A stretch of DNA of 64,000 nucleotides, from the NCBI GenBank assembly GCA_013239625.1, contig MU054220.1, positions 4,341,374-4,405,373 of the forward strand, given 5' to 3'. The translations under genes were made by a program, and so were the position numbers. Source of the DNA: Lama guanicoe (lineage: Eukaryota). Within the stretch, counting starts at the first letter, position 1; each line of letters begins with the position of its first letter. This document shows positions 41,900 through 53,403 of this stretch, piece after piece. The notes under the pieces were generated by a model. That model was given only the letters and a program-made list of their open reading frames with translations, was not told the DNA's origin and made no database searches.

Positions 41900-42660
41900 A
41901 GTGCCTCTGAACCTCGAGCTCAGAGCCAGGACACCGTTGGCCACCTTCTCCACCAGTGCATCAAGTCCTACCCGGGGCATCCGGCACTCCACGGGATGCC
42001 ACTGGCCACGGCAGAGCCCAGAGCTCGAGAAATTCCCGTGGGAGGAAGCAAAGCCCCATAGCTCGCAGGAACAAGCTGGCGACGGAGAGCGGCCAGGGCA
42101 GAGGGTGGGCCCTTGGGGAAGAGGAAGCCACAAGATCCCAGGAGAACGGAAAGGTGCGGCGCAGAGATAGGGAGACAGGTGGGAAACCAAAGCGCGGGGC
42201 GGGCCAGGTGACCAAGGAAAAGGCAGTGCGGAAGTCAAAGCGCCCGCAAAGCGGGAAATCACCGTGAGTGGCCCCGGAGGGAGGAGGGTCGGACTCTGCG
42301 CGGCCCGCGCTTCCCGGGCGGTCGGGGCCCGACTCCGCCGCGGCCCGGGGAGGCCCGAGCCCGCGCCCGGGCCTTCCCAGCCCTTCCGCGCCGCGCTTAC
42401 CTCGGCCACGGCTGCCTCCCGCTGGGCCCCGCGCTTGGTCACCTGCTCATGCCGCGGGGCGCGGGCCACAGCCACCCAGCTGGAATCTCGCGGAGCTGCC
42501 GGCCGCCGCCGCCGGCGCGGGGTCTGCGGGAGCGAAACGGGAGCGCGGGGCCGGCGACTGGGCTCGGCGGACGTCTGACATCGAGCGCACTGCGCATGCG
42601 GGAGCGACGGGGACCCGCGCCCCCTGCTGGACAGGAGGAGTCAGGGCACCGCTTAGGGCT
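41900..42660. promoter_or_regulatory. CpG island / EXT2 promoter with NRF1-type motif and GC box
   Basis: Very high GC and CpG density; GCGCACTGCGCATGCG at 42585-42600 (NRF1-like); GGGGCGGG at 42196-42203; no TATA box seen. Confidence 0.85.
42401..42600 (-). other. EXT2: EXT2 non-coding first exon (exon 1a); 5' boundary approximate
   Basis: Consensus donor GAG|GTAAGC at 42401/42400 inside the CpG island upstream of exon 2. Confidence 0.75.
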
Positions 42661-43531
42661 TCTCCCAGGTAGGTGGGCGAAGCTCAGGCTCCACAGCGAA
42701 ATTCAAAAACCTGCAGCCCCATTCGTAATTAAAGAAACTACAGACCGAAGCAGTGAGGCACCACGCTTCACTTATAAAACTGTTATAAAACTGAAAATAA
42801 TGTAAACACTTTATTATAATCAGTATTGATGAGCGTGCAGTATTTCTGTAGGGCAATTTGAGAGCATTCCTTAAATGTAAAATTCCAGTAACTTTCCCCA
42901 ACAATTCCTCTCTATGGAGTTTACCCCATGAATATTCTCAACAAGTTTATCAAAAACGTTCATTACAGTATTGTTTCTAGTAATAGGAAAAACCTGGAAA
43001 CAACCAAAATAAACTTTGGGAAAGTGTATATTAATCAAAATAAATTATGATTAGAATGTAACAATGAGAGAATGCATATCTATGTTGGTACAGAAATAGC
43101 TCAAAGACAAGTTAATACGAAAGCATGGTTTAAAACAGTAGACAAGTATGATCCCTTTTATGTAATAAAAAAATATATATGCAGAAATAGAGGAGAGAAA
43201 ATATATATGTTAGACGCTTAGATTCAGGCATATATGTAACTTTTTCTGGAAAGAATCCAAAAAGCAACAAACATTTTTAGAGGAATTAATTGTGGAGTTA
43301 GAAATGGGGGAGAAAAACTTTCATCTTTATTTTGTTTCTTTTTGTATAATTTACATGATCTAGCCTTCTACATGCACAGCAAAACCCCTGTCATAAGACG
43401 GTAAGTGGAGTCTAAAACATTCGATCAAAATGCAGAGTGATGTTATTAAGTCAATGAAATGATCCCACTGAGCCTATGCAGTTTACAGATACTGGCTGCA
43501 GAAACCAATCCATCTGGTCACAGCTGAACCT

Positions 43532-43547
43532 TAGCACCATCTGGTGG
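43532..43547 (-). promoter_or_regulatory. Candidate CTCF binding site
   Basis: Minus strand CCACCAGATGGTGCTA, a close match to the CTCF core CCASYAGRKGGCRS; about 0.9 kb upstream of the EXT2 CpG island. Confidence 0.6.
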
Positions 43548-45349
43548 AAGTTGTCACTTAGAGCTTAAATATTCGTGAAGATGATTCTGAGTCTAGAGAC
43601 CCAGTGGGGCTTCCAGCAGCAACTGTGATTCCAAGAATATTCTTGTGAGTTGATGCCTGCTTGTCACAGATCCAGAGAGACTGGGACGAGAATATTCTGG
43701 AGACGGGAAACACACATTCTGTTTCCTCACATCTAAGAGAGTATTTGCTCACTCTCCAAATCCACATCCCCCCAAAATGATACGAAATTTAGCACACATA
43801 TACCACATTTGTGAAATGGATAAGTGGAGGATATGTTCACTCTTCTTTGTCTTTCTCTGATTAAAAATGTTTCTAATTAATTATTCATTTTTTTTCATTA
43901 CATGAGAACTTCCTGTGTTAAAGACCTGTGTTAGACATAGCCTCTGAAGAACCTGCCTGTCTTACTCACTTTTTATAACCCGAAACAAGCATAGGGCCTG
44001 GCACATAGGAAGTACTCAATGAGTAGTTTTTGAATGAATAAAGGGGGCCCAAATGCTGGCAGGAGCCCAATAGAAAGAAGACATATGCACAAGTAAGACT
44101 AGCCAAAGTAGAGGAAGCAGAGTGGCCTAAGAGAGCATAAACAAAATGCTACAGGGTTCAACAGAGGAAGTGATCACATCCGGTTGGAAAGATGTAGGAA
44201 GACTTCATGCAAGAGTTGATAGCTGGTGGTCCTGGAGGATATTTTGGATTTTGACAAATAGAGAGGTGAAGAAGCATTCCAGGCAGAGGAAAAAAACATC
44301 ATGTGCAAAGGCCCAAATGTGAGAAAGAAGGAGAAGCAATCAGAAAGACCAAGCGTTTTTTAATCCAGCATGGCTAAAGTGGTGTGACTACATTTCAAAA
44401 AGTAGAAACCAAGTCAAGAACTGGAGGTGAGAAAATATAGAAGCTGTGATATTAGAAAAGCCACATGATGCTAGAGCAGCTGAGAGTGACCACAGAGAAG
44501 AGTGAGAAAGAAAACTGTGGGCCAGGACCTGAAGTCTCTGAGAAGGTAGAAAAGTCCCAGTGGCCGGCAGTTAGAAGAGGACAGATTTCATTACTCACAG
44601 TGAAGGTACAGGACAAAGTGAAGACCACGCAGTCCCACTTACGCAGCGAGTCAGGAAGAGTGGAAGTGGGTGTCAGAAAGGGTGTGGCTTTTAAGGGAAG
44701 TGGCATCGTTAGCCACTTTTTTGAAAGTGAGCTTACAATGAGGAGAAATTGCTAATATGGAGCTGAATCCCAGATTTATCACTTCCTTTAAGTGGTAGCG
44801 GTTTGTAAGAATGGAGAAAGGTTATATTCTCCGACGAAATGACTCCGTGAAAGAATTGTTCTGTGGTATCTAAGTCGACTCAGCTTAAACAACACTGGCA
44901 GGCAGCCTGGTGGACCAGAAAACACCTATCAATATCAGACCAAATGTAATGAGCACTTTCTCAGATAGATACTGAGCTCACACAAAAAAGTAAAGAAAAT
45001 ATACAAAGAACCAGAAATGAAGCTGAAGTGAGAAAATCGAATGTTGAAGCTACAGCTTGGGCATACAAGATGCGAAGAAGGGGACAAGCTCCTGTAAAGC
45101 TAGGATACTGGGATGGAAGACTGGAAAAAAATTGCTCAGCGTCAGTAACAAAAAAAAACTTGTCTGTCTTGTCCAAAGAGTGGAAACAGAAGAGTCTCTG
45201 CTGAGAATCTTTACCATCAAACTTTACAAGGTGGGATGTGAATGAATACTACCAGCATGGTCCAGGCAGCTCCACACCCAAAGAGTAACTGGAAGCGTTA
45301 CCAACATAAATCCCCTCTGGAGGGTCACACCCTCAACACAAAGCTGCCC

Positions 45350-46630
45350 AGGATTCTGACAGATAAAACCCTGACAAACGTAAACTCACAATCTGGAATT
45401 ACAAAGCACATAGAAAATAAACCAGTCATCAGAAACTTCAAACAGCAGAAATAGAACCTACAGAACCACACATAATTAGACTACGAGAAATAGGTATAAA
45501 ACAAGTGTTTATGGTGCTCAAAGACGTCAAAGATGGAACTGTGAACATTAGAAAGAAATAAGATGATTTTTTTCCCAAAAGACCAAGGAGATTGAAAAGG
45601 TACTGCATATAAAAAATTGAGATTAAAAACTCAATGCACAACTTAAACCATAGATTAGACACAATTAATAAACTGAGATATAGATCTGAATAAATTACCC
45701 AGAATGGAAATTCAAGAGGAAACAAGGAAATAGAATATAGTACCGGGAAAGTGAAAGAGAGGGAGCATAAAGGAAGAAACCCCAGCATATATCCAGAAGG
45801 AGGGGACAGAGAAAATGCAGAGAAGCAGTATCCAAGGAGACAGTCGCTAAGAATTTTCCATTACTGGACAGAGACGATCACCTGTAATGAATGGACAATA
45901 AAACTAAGAGCAGACTTCTCAACTAAAACAAAAAACAGAAGTCATAAGATAATGGTAGAAGTGCCAGGAGAAGCTAGCAGTTACTGTACAATTGTATAGC
46001 TAGTGAAACCATCTCTCAAGAATAAGGAAAAAGAAACATAGTTTCAGACAAACATTAATAGAAGGAATTTACCACCTATAAACCCTTCCTAACAGAATTT
46101 CTTAAATGATGTATTTGAGGGAAAAGAATATTAAAACCAGAAGAAAGTACTGAGATGAAGTAAAGAACTAATGAAATTGACACACTCGTGGGTAAAGCAA
46201 AACAAAGACTGACTGTATAAAACTATAAAAATAAAAATAAATTTGGTGACTAAAAACTGGGCATTCATCCCCACAAAGAGAAGCAGAGAGGGCAAAAGTT
46301 ACCAATATCAGGAGGGAAAGGAGGGCTATTACTACATAGAGGAAAAAAAGAAAAGGAGGAACTACTGATACATACAACAAAGTAAATGAACCTCGAAACA
46401 TTAAGCTGAACAAAATAGCCCAGACACAAAAGTGAACAACGATATGGTTCTTTTCACTGGGAAATTTTATGTGTGGAGCTAGAAATGAGAACAGCGGTTG
46501 CCTGTAGGGCATGAGAGACTTGAACAGGAGCTTGAAGGAACTTTCTGCAGTAATGGAAGTGTTCTCCACCTTGATGGGGTATTGGTTACACGGATGTACA
46601 TACTTGTCAAAGCCATTGAATCTTAAAATT
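45350..46630 (+). mobile_element. Ancient L1 fragments (ORF1-like and 3' end)
   Basis: A-rich decayed L1 phrases (gcagacttctcaac, ggaactttctg...atggaagtgttct). Confidence 0.55.
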
Positions 46631-46647
46631 AAGATCTGTCCAATTCA

Positions 46648-46954
46648 TCTAAAAAAATGACACAAAGAGAATTATTTACAAAACAGAAACAGACACACAG
46701 ACATAGAAAACAAACTTATGGTTACCAAAGGCGAAGGTGGTGGGGGGAGGGATAAATTAGGAGTTTGGGATTAGCAGATATAAATTACATATATACAAAA
46801 TAAACAACAAGGTCCTACTGTATAGCACAGGGAACTATATTCAATAGTTTGTAATAACCTATAATGAAAAAGAATATATTTGTATAACTGAATCACTATG
46901 CTGTACATGAGAAACACAACACTGTAAATCAACTATACTTCAATTTAAAAAAAA
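46648..46954 (+). mobile_element. 5'-truncated L1 3' end with poly(A) and TSD
   Basis: Ends aatcaactatacttcaattt(A)n; 17-bp TSD aagatctgtccaattca (46631-46647) / aagaactatccaattca (46955-46971). Confidence 0.85.
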
Positions 46955-49900
46955 AAGAACTATCCAATTCACTGTAGTTAAACTTGATCTCAGTTTTTAA
47001 AATTAATAGAATACAATGTTTTAGCAGAAGCTCAAAAGATGTCTAAGACGAGTACAAGACCTGGATGGTATTTGTAACTCTCCTAGGGACTTTCCCTAAA
47101 TAGATTTTTTTTAATTCAGTTTTTTTAACTATGTGTGACATTTATGTGGTTTAAAAAACAAAAAGCATTAAAAACCCAGGGAAACAAAAAAAGCGAAAGA
47201 AACAGTAAAAATTCTCACTCGTCCTTGTTTCCCGTCCTCCCAGTTTCCGTACCCCATGGACAACTACTATTCTCCGTTTCTAATGAATTCTTTTTCAGAC
47301 TCTTTAGGTGAAAACAAATGCCCTATATTTTGACTTTAGGGTGATGAAGTCTGAGAAAACATGCTGTCAAACATTAAATATCCTATTGAGAGTCGTGTAA
47401 CCTTAGAAATGTTATTAGAAATGTTCGCATCAGGGCTGTAAGTTCTATTTGAGCAGGTCTTCACCCAAACTGGGGTTGTCATGACTTTTCCAAGCACAAT
47501 TTCCAGAGGAGAGAGAAAAAGAAGAGAAAAACAACAACAAAAGAAGAGGCAGGCATTAACTACAATACTGGCCACAGGAAAGGAAAACAAAGGAGCAAGA
47601 GTTTAATGTTCTAGGCTCATTTCCATGTTCAGGAGGAGGATAAAGAAACTGATAATGTATGAATGTTAATATATTAAGAGTATCTGGCAAAATAAATACT
47701 CATTTCTAGATATATAAAGAACTCCTACAAATCTTAGGCTTAACAAGTATTTTTTTAAATGAATGCGTGAATAAATGAATGAAATAAAATGAAAAGGAAG
47801 CAACAGAAAAACATATTCTCTTTTCTGTCTCTGGAAGTGGTTGTGGGAAGGTGATGTTTGGACCTTCTGTAGCCATACTGAGACCATGAGGGAAAAGGCT
47901 TGAAGGGGAAAAGCCAACATACTAGGGATGGCAAAGTGACAGATGGATGGAACCTGGGTTCCCATGGGTGGACAGATGATTAAGGCCAGCTGGCCTCCTA
48001 TGGGAGGAGAGACATGAACGCTAGAGAAGAAAGGGTGTTTATCCCGCTAATACCCTACAGGTTCTGCTGCAAGCGCCCCGTAACTTGGAGCTGTCTGGAA
48101 GCCATCTTGCCACCACCTAAACGGAGCATGTTTGAAAATGAAGCCACAGAGAGGAAATAAGAGAGGGCACAAAATCAGATGGCATCATTTGAACTCCAGG
48201 TCAGAGCCGTGCTTGGAACATCTATCCTTCCCACTCCTGGTTATGTTCAATGGATAACTGCCCCCTTTGCTTTAAATACAGCTATTTCTACCATTTGGGG
48301 TCATTTGTAAACAAGAAAGTCTTCTCATTGATAGAAAAACAAGAAATATTTTTCTATGTAAAACATTTTTCCTTATAATTGAAGATTCTTGCAAGGATTC
48401 ACAGAAATCATTAGGTAAGCATCCAATCACTTTGGTACGCAAACCTAGACCTGCGTCTCAGGGTTGTTGGGAAAAATAGCTTGAATTCAGAGAACAAATA
48501 CATGGTGGGTGTTGTTTACCAATCATTTATACTCTGTCTCGCTTGGTTGCCAGAGAGAGAAAGACCTGAGTGCAGGTAGTCACTCTGAGAAGCCGCCTTA
48601 GGGAAAGGTGAGAAGATTGGAACGAGTAAACCTGGAGAAAAGAGAGGGCAACCCAGGGGTGTGCTGTAGGGCCGGCTACTCCTGTGCACCCCTGCAGCTC
48701 AGTCCTGTTAGGGTCTCTTTGAGGAGCCGTGCAGGATGTCAGGGCTGTCTACTGAGACAGTGTCCACATGCACGGAGAAGAGAGATACTTTCTCACTGGT
48801 TCCCCTCCCCCATTGCTGAAGCATCACCCGGAAGTGTTAACTCCCTTAGGGTTCCTCCGTCAGGCTCCACGCACACACAGCTGGCTGGCTGCAGTGATGG
48901 GCAGAGCAGAAAGGAGAGCGGGGAAGATGTGGACAGGCATAAGATACGTCTAGTCCGTGCTCCAGAAAGGGAGCCACATGGCGCACATCCATTCAGCAGA
49001 GCACAAGCCAGCTCTCCCCAAACAGATGGCCTCAGTTCAGGCCCAGATTCCTGGTCCCAATCAGCCTCTGCTGGGAAGCCAGCTTGGATTCCCTCTAAGG
49101 AAGAACTAGGAGTCATTCTTCTGAGAATTCTAAATGGAATTCATCACATGAGTCCTTTCAGGGGCAACGTCCTTTCAAAGGTCTCTGGAGAGGATGCAGA
49201 GGGCTTTCAACGTGGCCGTTCTATTTTCTGTATTCTGACCCTCTGTAAAAGCCGCAGATATTCCAGTAAAACAAATCTTAGCACCAGCATTTCCTGGAAG
49301 TGGGAGTAGGAACGAGTGCTACTTAGCCAATGACACTGGAAAGTATTTAAGAGTGAGACAATGACAACACGAAGCCTGGTTCTCAGAACTGGAAAAGTCA
49401 AAGAACCTTTTGGGACCTGGTTTGGCAGAGTGCAAAGAGCTCAGGATTTTGAACCAGACCAACCTGGCTTTGAAGCCTGGCTCTCATACTTTTGAGGTGT
49501 GTTCCTTTGGGAACATCATTCCATTTATCTGAGGCTCAGTTTGCTCATCAAGAAAATGAGGGATAATACTGTCAGCTTCCTAGGGTGGTGAGAGTTAGAA
49601 ATGACTCACGTCAGTTGCCCAGCACAGTGTCGGGCACCTATAAGGTATTCAAGAAAGGCAGGGGAGAGGAATGAATGAAAGAAAGGCAGAAAGAAAGAGA
49701 AAAACCAATCCTAAACCATATGTGTTTAGAAAGTAAACAGATTCCACTGACATGCTCTTAAAAGAGTAAGGAAAGAGCGAGTTTTTCCAAACAGGAGTGT
49801 CGGCACCAGAGAAGCGTCCTCGGCACATAGCTTTAAGGTCGGTTCAGAAAGCTCATTTGAACTCTGAACTAAAGCACCCCTGGGGAAGGGGTGAGTGGCC

Positions 49901-50113
49901 CTTCATGCTTAGGGTGAAAGGCCAGCCTGGGTCAGCTTGTCCCCACAGTCTGGTTCAGGGCCCCGTTATCTCCCCCGACAGTCATGGCTAGGTCACTCTG
50001 GTTCGGGATCAGCAGTGAAGGCAGCGCCTTCCCAGGAGCAGAGCATCCCCAAGACAGAGATGGCCCTCCTGCCTCCCGCCGGGGTCCTGTTCACCTCGTC
50101 CCAAGTGCAGGCC

Positions 50114-50144
50114 GGTCCCAGGTCCCAGGTCCCAGGTCCCAGGT
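50114..50144. repeat. (GGTCCCA)4 heptamer repeat
   Basis: Direct read. Confidence 0.9.
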
Positions 50145-50440
50145 GCACTGTGGGCCCACATATCCTATGTGTGGGGAGAATAACCATAAACACATAAAAT
50201 TAAATCCTTTCTCCTTGTACTTTAGAAATTATCACTCCTTTTTCCTTTGGGGGCAACTCTGTCTTACACATATTGTTCCTTTGATGTGTTTCCCTGGCAA
50301 CAAAGAAGAACGAAGGTGCCATCAAAAGAAGGTACAGGTTGTTTGTTTCCACGTCCCTGGGGGCTGTGGTTCAGCGCAGTCACGACTCCTCTATTCCATA
50401 AATGACTCACAGCAGAGCCTTCCAGTTTCTCCCAGTTTAG

Positions 50441-50446
50441 TTTAAT
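50441..50446 (-). terminator. ACCS: Likely ACCS polyadenylation signal (ATTAAA variant)
   Basis: Plus-strand TTTAAT = ATTAAA on minus, about 195 nt after the stop; first hexamer of this kind I found in the 3' UTR. Confidence 0.55.
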
Positions 50447-50639
50447 AGTTGGGCGGGGGGAGGGGTGGGCCAGGTGGAACCACAACTTAAGGAGTATCTC
50501 ATACTGCCACCAGGAGAGGCCAGGAGCAGTTCTTCTTCAAAGGCAAGGCCAAGAAGGGTCATCAGCCTGACAAACGGCTCATCCACCATCAGTCTTCACA
50601 GTGGCTGCCAGGCCCTGCAGCCACGAGGCAACAACCAGC

Positions 50640-50737
50640 TCACCTGTGCGAGCCCCTGGGCTCCTGGGTCTGGCAGGAAGGGGGGTCCTCTGCCACCTGG
50701 GATTCGCCCTCAAGCACCTGCCGGATCCTCTGCATCC
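50640..50737 (-). CDS. ACCS: ACCS last coding exon
   Basis: (G)MQRIRQVLEGESQVAEDPPSCQTQEPRGSHR*; TGA at 50642-50640; CAG acceptor. Confidence 0.93.
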
Positions 50738-50866
50738 CTGGGAAGGGGAAGTGGGGGCCCATCAGCACTGATGGCGGATGGCTGGGGACGAGCACACTGG
50801 GGCCACAGGTGGAGCCAGAGGGGGAGGTCAGAATGAGGGACACAGTTAGTAGGTGAGACCGCTCAC

Positions 50867-51020
50867 CCAGGCGAAGCCGGTGGGCCTTATCGGAGAAGAC
50901 CAAGCGGAACCAGCCAGGCTCTTTGCACTCGAAGGCTTTGCCAAAGGACAGCAGCACCTTGTTCTCCAAAAAGCGGCACCAGAGCAGCCTCTCCTCCTCA
51001 AAGGTGGCCTCCGGCAGGAA
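50867..51020 (-). CDS. ACCS: ACCS penultimate exon (154 nt)
   Basis: FLPEATFEEERLLWCRFLENKVLLSFGKAFECKEPGWFRLVFSDKAHRLRL(G); contains the ACS-family EPGWFR motif. Confidence 0.96.
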
Positions 51021-51122
51021 CTAAGGGGGGTAAGAGCCCAGGGTGCAGGTGAGATGCCCCTCCCCCTCGCCTGCTGGAGGGAACTTTAACCACCTCCCCA
51101 CCTGCATCACCACCTGTGTTAC

Positions 51123-51265
51123 CTTCCTCAAGTCGACCCAGATGAAGAAGCCGGCCCCACGGCTCAGGAAGGGGACCCCCAGGGCCCGGAGCTCTTTAGA
51201 GACATAGGTGTGGGCGGCCTTGAGCCGGGCGTGGTTTTCTGGCAGGTACACTTGGTTGATCCAGT
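51123..51265 (-). CDS. ACCS: ACCS exon (143 nt)
   Basis: (D)WINQVYLPENHARLKAAHTYVSKELRALGVPFLSRGAGFFIWVDLRK; GT-AG bounded. Confidence 0.96.
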
Positions 51266-51559
51266 CTGTGTGGGTGAAAGGAAAGCCAAAAGATAAATCT
51301 CCCACCAACCCTCCACTCTGTCCCGAGAGTCTAAATGCTGAAAAGAAAAAGGCCACGAGCTGCCAGGACTGGGTGAGCCCCTCCTATAGCTGACTGGGGG
51401 CAATGGGGATATTCAGCGTGGAGCAGGATGCAGACCCTAACCAAAGGCAAACCCACTTACAGAGTGACACTTACGAGTCACACCGGCTGAGTCTCAGATC
51501 CCAGGGTGGCCACTGATAAGGTGTGTGACCTTAGGTAACTTAGCTCCCTGATCCCCATT

Positions 51560-52200
51560 TTTTAAATTGACCTTTGTTTTCACTGTCCAGTTCGATGAAT
51601 TTTAACACATGTATAGATTCCTGGAACCCCCCACGACAGGGATACTGACCGCTTCCCTCACCCCAGAGAACACCTTGTGCTGTTTAAAGTCACATCTTCC
51701 CCTTCCCTACAACCACTAGCCTGTTGTCCATCACTGTAGTTTTGCCTTTTCCAGAATGTCATATAAGCGGAATCATTCAGTAATGTAATCTTTTGAGGCT
51801 GGCTTCTTTCACTCAGCAGGATGCCTCTGAGATAGACGTGTTCCCGTGGACTTTATTGCAGAGTGGTATTCCACTGTGGGGATGAACCACAGTTTGTTTC
51901 TCCATTCATCTGTGTAAGGACATTTTGGTTGTTTCCAGTTTGGGGTGATTATGAATAAAGCAGCTATAAACATTCATGGAGAGGATTTGTGTGACCATAA
52001 GAGCAAATACCCAGGCGTGGGATTGTGGGCTATTTGGTAAGTGTGTGTTTAACTTTATAAGCAACTGCCAAATTGTTTAGTGGCTGTTCCATCTTCCATT
52101 CCTACCAGCAGTGTTGAGAGTTCCAGCTGCTCCTAACCAACATTTGATGCTATCACTATCTTTTTAAATTTAGCTATGATAGCAGGTTTGTAGTACCTGG
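51560..52200 (-). mobile_element. Old L1 3' end (L1MB/ME-like) in ACCS intron
   Basis: ttttgccttttccagaatgtcatataa...gttgtttccagtttggggtgattatgaataaagcagctataaacatt, typical antisense L1 3' region. Confidence 0.75.
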
Positions 52201-52757
52201 TCTTCATTTTATTCATCTAATGGGGGAAAATACAGGGACACCTGCTTCCTAGGATTCTGAGAAGAGACAAATGAGAAGAGCATTGAGAGCGTCTTGTAGG
52301 GCTCAATGAATGGTGCAATTACAGGTAATCTTTGCTATCTAAACTCACTATCTGAACACAGGAACAGAACAGATATGCATAGAGAGACACTTCCAGTATA
52401 ACAATCTTCCCTTAGTAGCTTATACTCCTTTTCAAGTGCTCACAGCTAACAGTAATGAGTTCACAGTGATTAAGTGCCTATTATATGCCAGGTGCTATTC
52501 TAACTGAATGACAAATCACACTAACCCTACAAGACAGGTGCCATTAAGACCCCTATTTTGCAGATGAGGAAACTGAGGCTCAGGGAAGTAAAGGAATAGG
52601 CCACATAGTCAGGAACTGACTGAGTGGGGTATGAACCCCCTCTGGGCCCAGAGCTAGCACTCTCAAACATAACCATAAATTCATCTCATGGGAAAAGCAT
52701 CCATGATCCCTGGCCAGTCCCAGACTGACTACAACCCTCCCCCACCCTGGCAGTCAC

Positions 52758-52899
52758 CACGGTCCCGGAGCAGCTGTGCCATCTGGTACTGAACAAAGCC
52801 ACTGAGGCCATGATAGCGGCAGAGGGAGGCCACCGCAGTGGCCACGTCCTGGTTTTCTGTGTACAGCGTGCCGAAGCGGAGCCCAGACATCCCAAAGTC
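52758..52899 (-). CDS. ACCS: ACCS exon (142 nt)
   Basis: DFGMSGLRFGTLYTENQDVATAVASLCRYHGLSGFVQYQMAQLLRDR(D); second half of the PLP-lysine motif. Confidence 0.96.
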
Positions 52900-53012
52900 C
52901 TGCAGGAGAAAGGCACCCTGGGAGGTGGCCAGCCCTCAAGGAGGAAGCCGGTTCCACCCACCTCTCTGCCCTCCCACCTCTCTGACACCCTGAAGGCCAG
53001 CCAGGAACCCAC

Positions 53013-53058
53013 CTTGCTGGTTGCCCACATCACATGGGTCCTCTGGGGGTCGGGCAGC
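53013..53058 (-). CDS. ACCS: ACCS exon (46 nt) ending in the PLP Schiff-base lysine
   Basis: (G)LPDPQRTHVMWATSK; joins to DFG giving SK|DFG, equivalent to plant ACS SLSKDLG. Confidence 0.95.
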
Positions 53059-53194
53059 CTGCAGAGAGCACAGCGTGGGACGAGAGGCAACACAGAACAG
53101 CGGGAGCTCACAGGTTTGGTTCAACAAATAAGGAGATGGATGGATGAAGCTGGTTTCATCTCTTGAATCACCAGTTCCCACACATCCTTTAGAT

Positions 53195-53403
53195 CAGGGG
53201 TCAGCAAACTACAGCCTGCAGCCCAAATCCAGCCCGCTGCCCGTTCTCATAAATAAAGCTCTATGGGAGCACAGCATGCTCCTCCATGTACCTACTGTCC
53301 CGGGCGGACTTCACGCTATCACAGCAGAGTTGAGTAAGCGACCCTATGACCCGTAAAGCCTAAGATATTTGCCATCTGGTCCAAAAATACTTGCTGATCC
53401 ATG
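53195..53403. mobile_element. MER58-like hAT element
   Basis: TIRs caggggtcagcaaa / ttgctgatccatg; body gcccaaatccagcccgctgcc...aaataaag. Confidence 0.75.

Noticed and set aside
42734..42757. AAACTACAGACCGAAGCAGTG as a ZNF143-type motif
   Set aside because: Only the ACTACA part matches; the TCCCA core is absent.
41897..42805. Many Arg/Pro/Ala-rich ORFs on both strands
   Set aside because: CpG-island artefact.
48608..49309. 233-aa intergenic ORF
   Set aside because: Non-ATG start, no recognisable domain, appears to overlap decayed LTR-like sequence.
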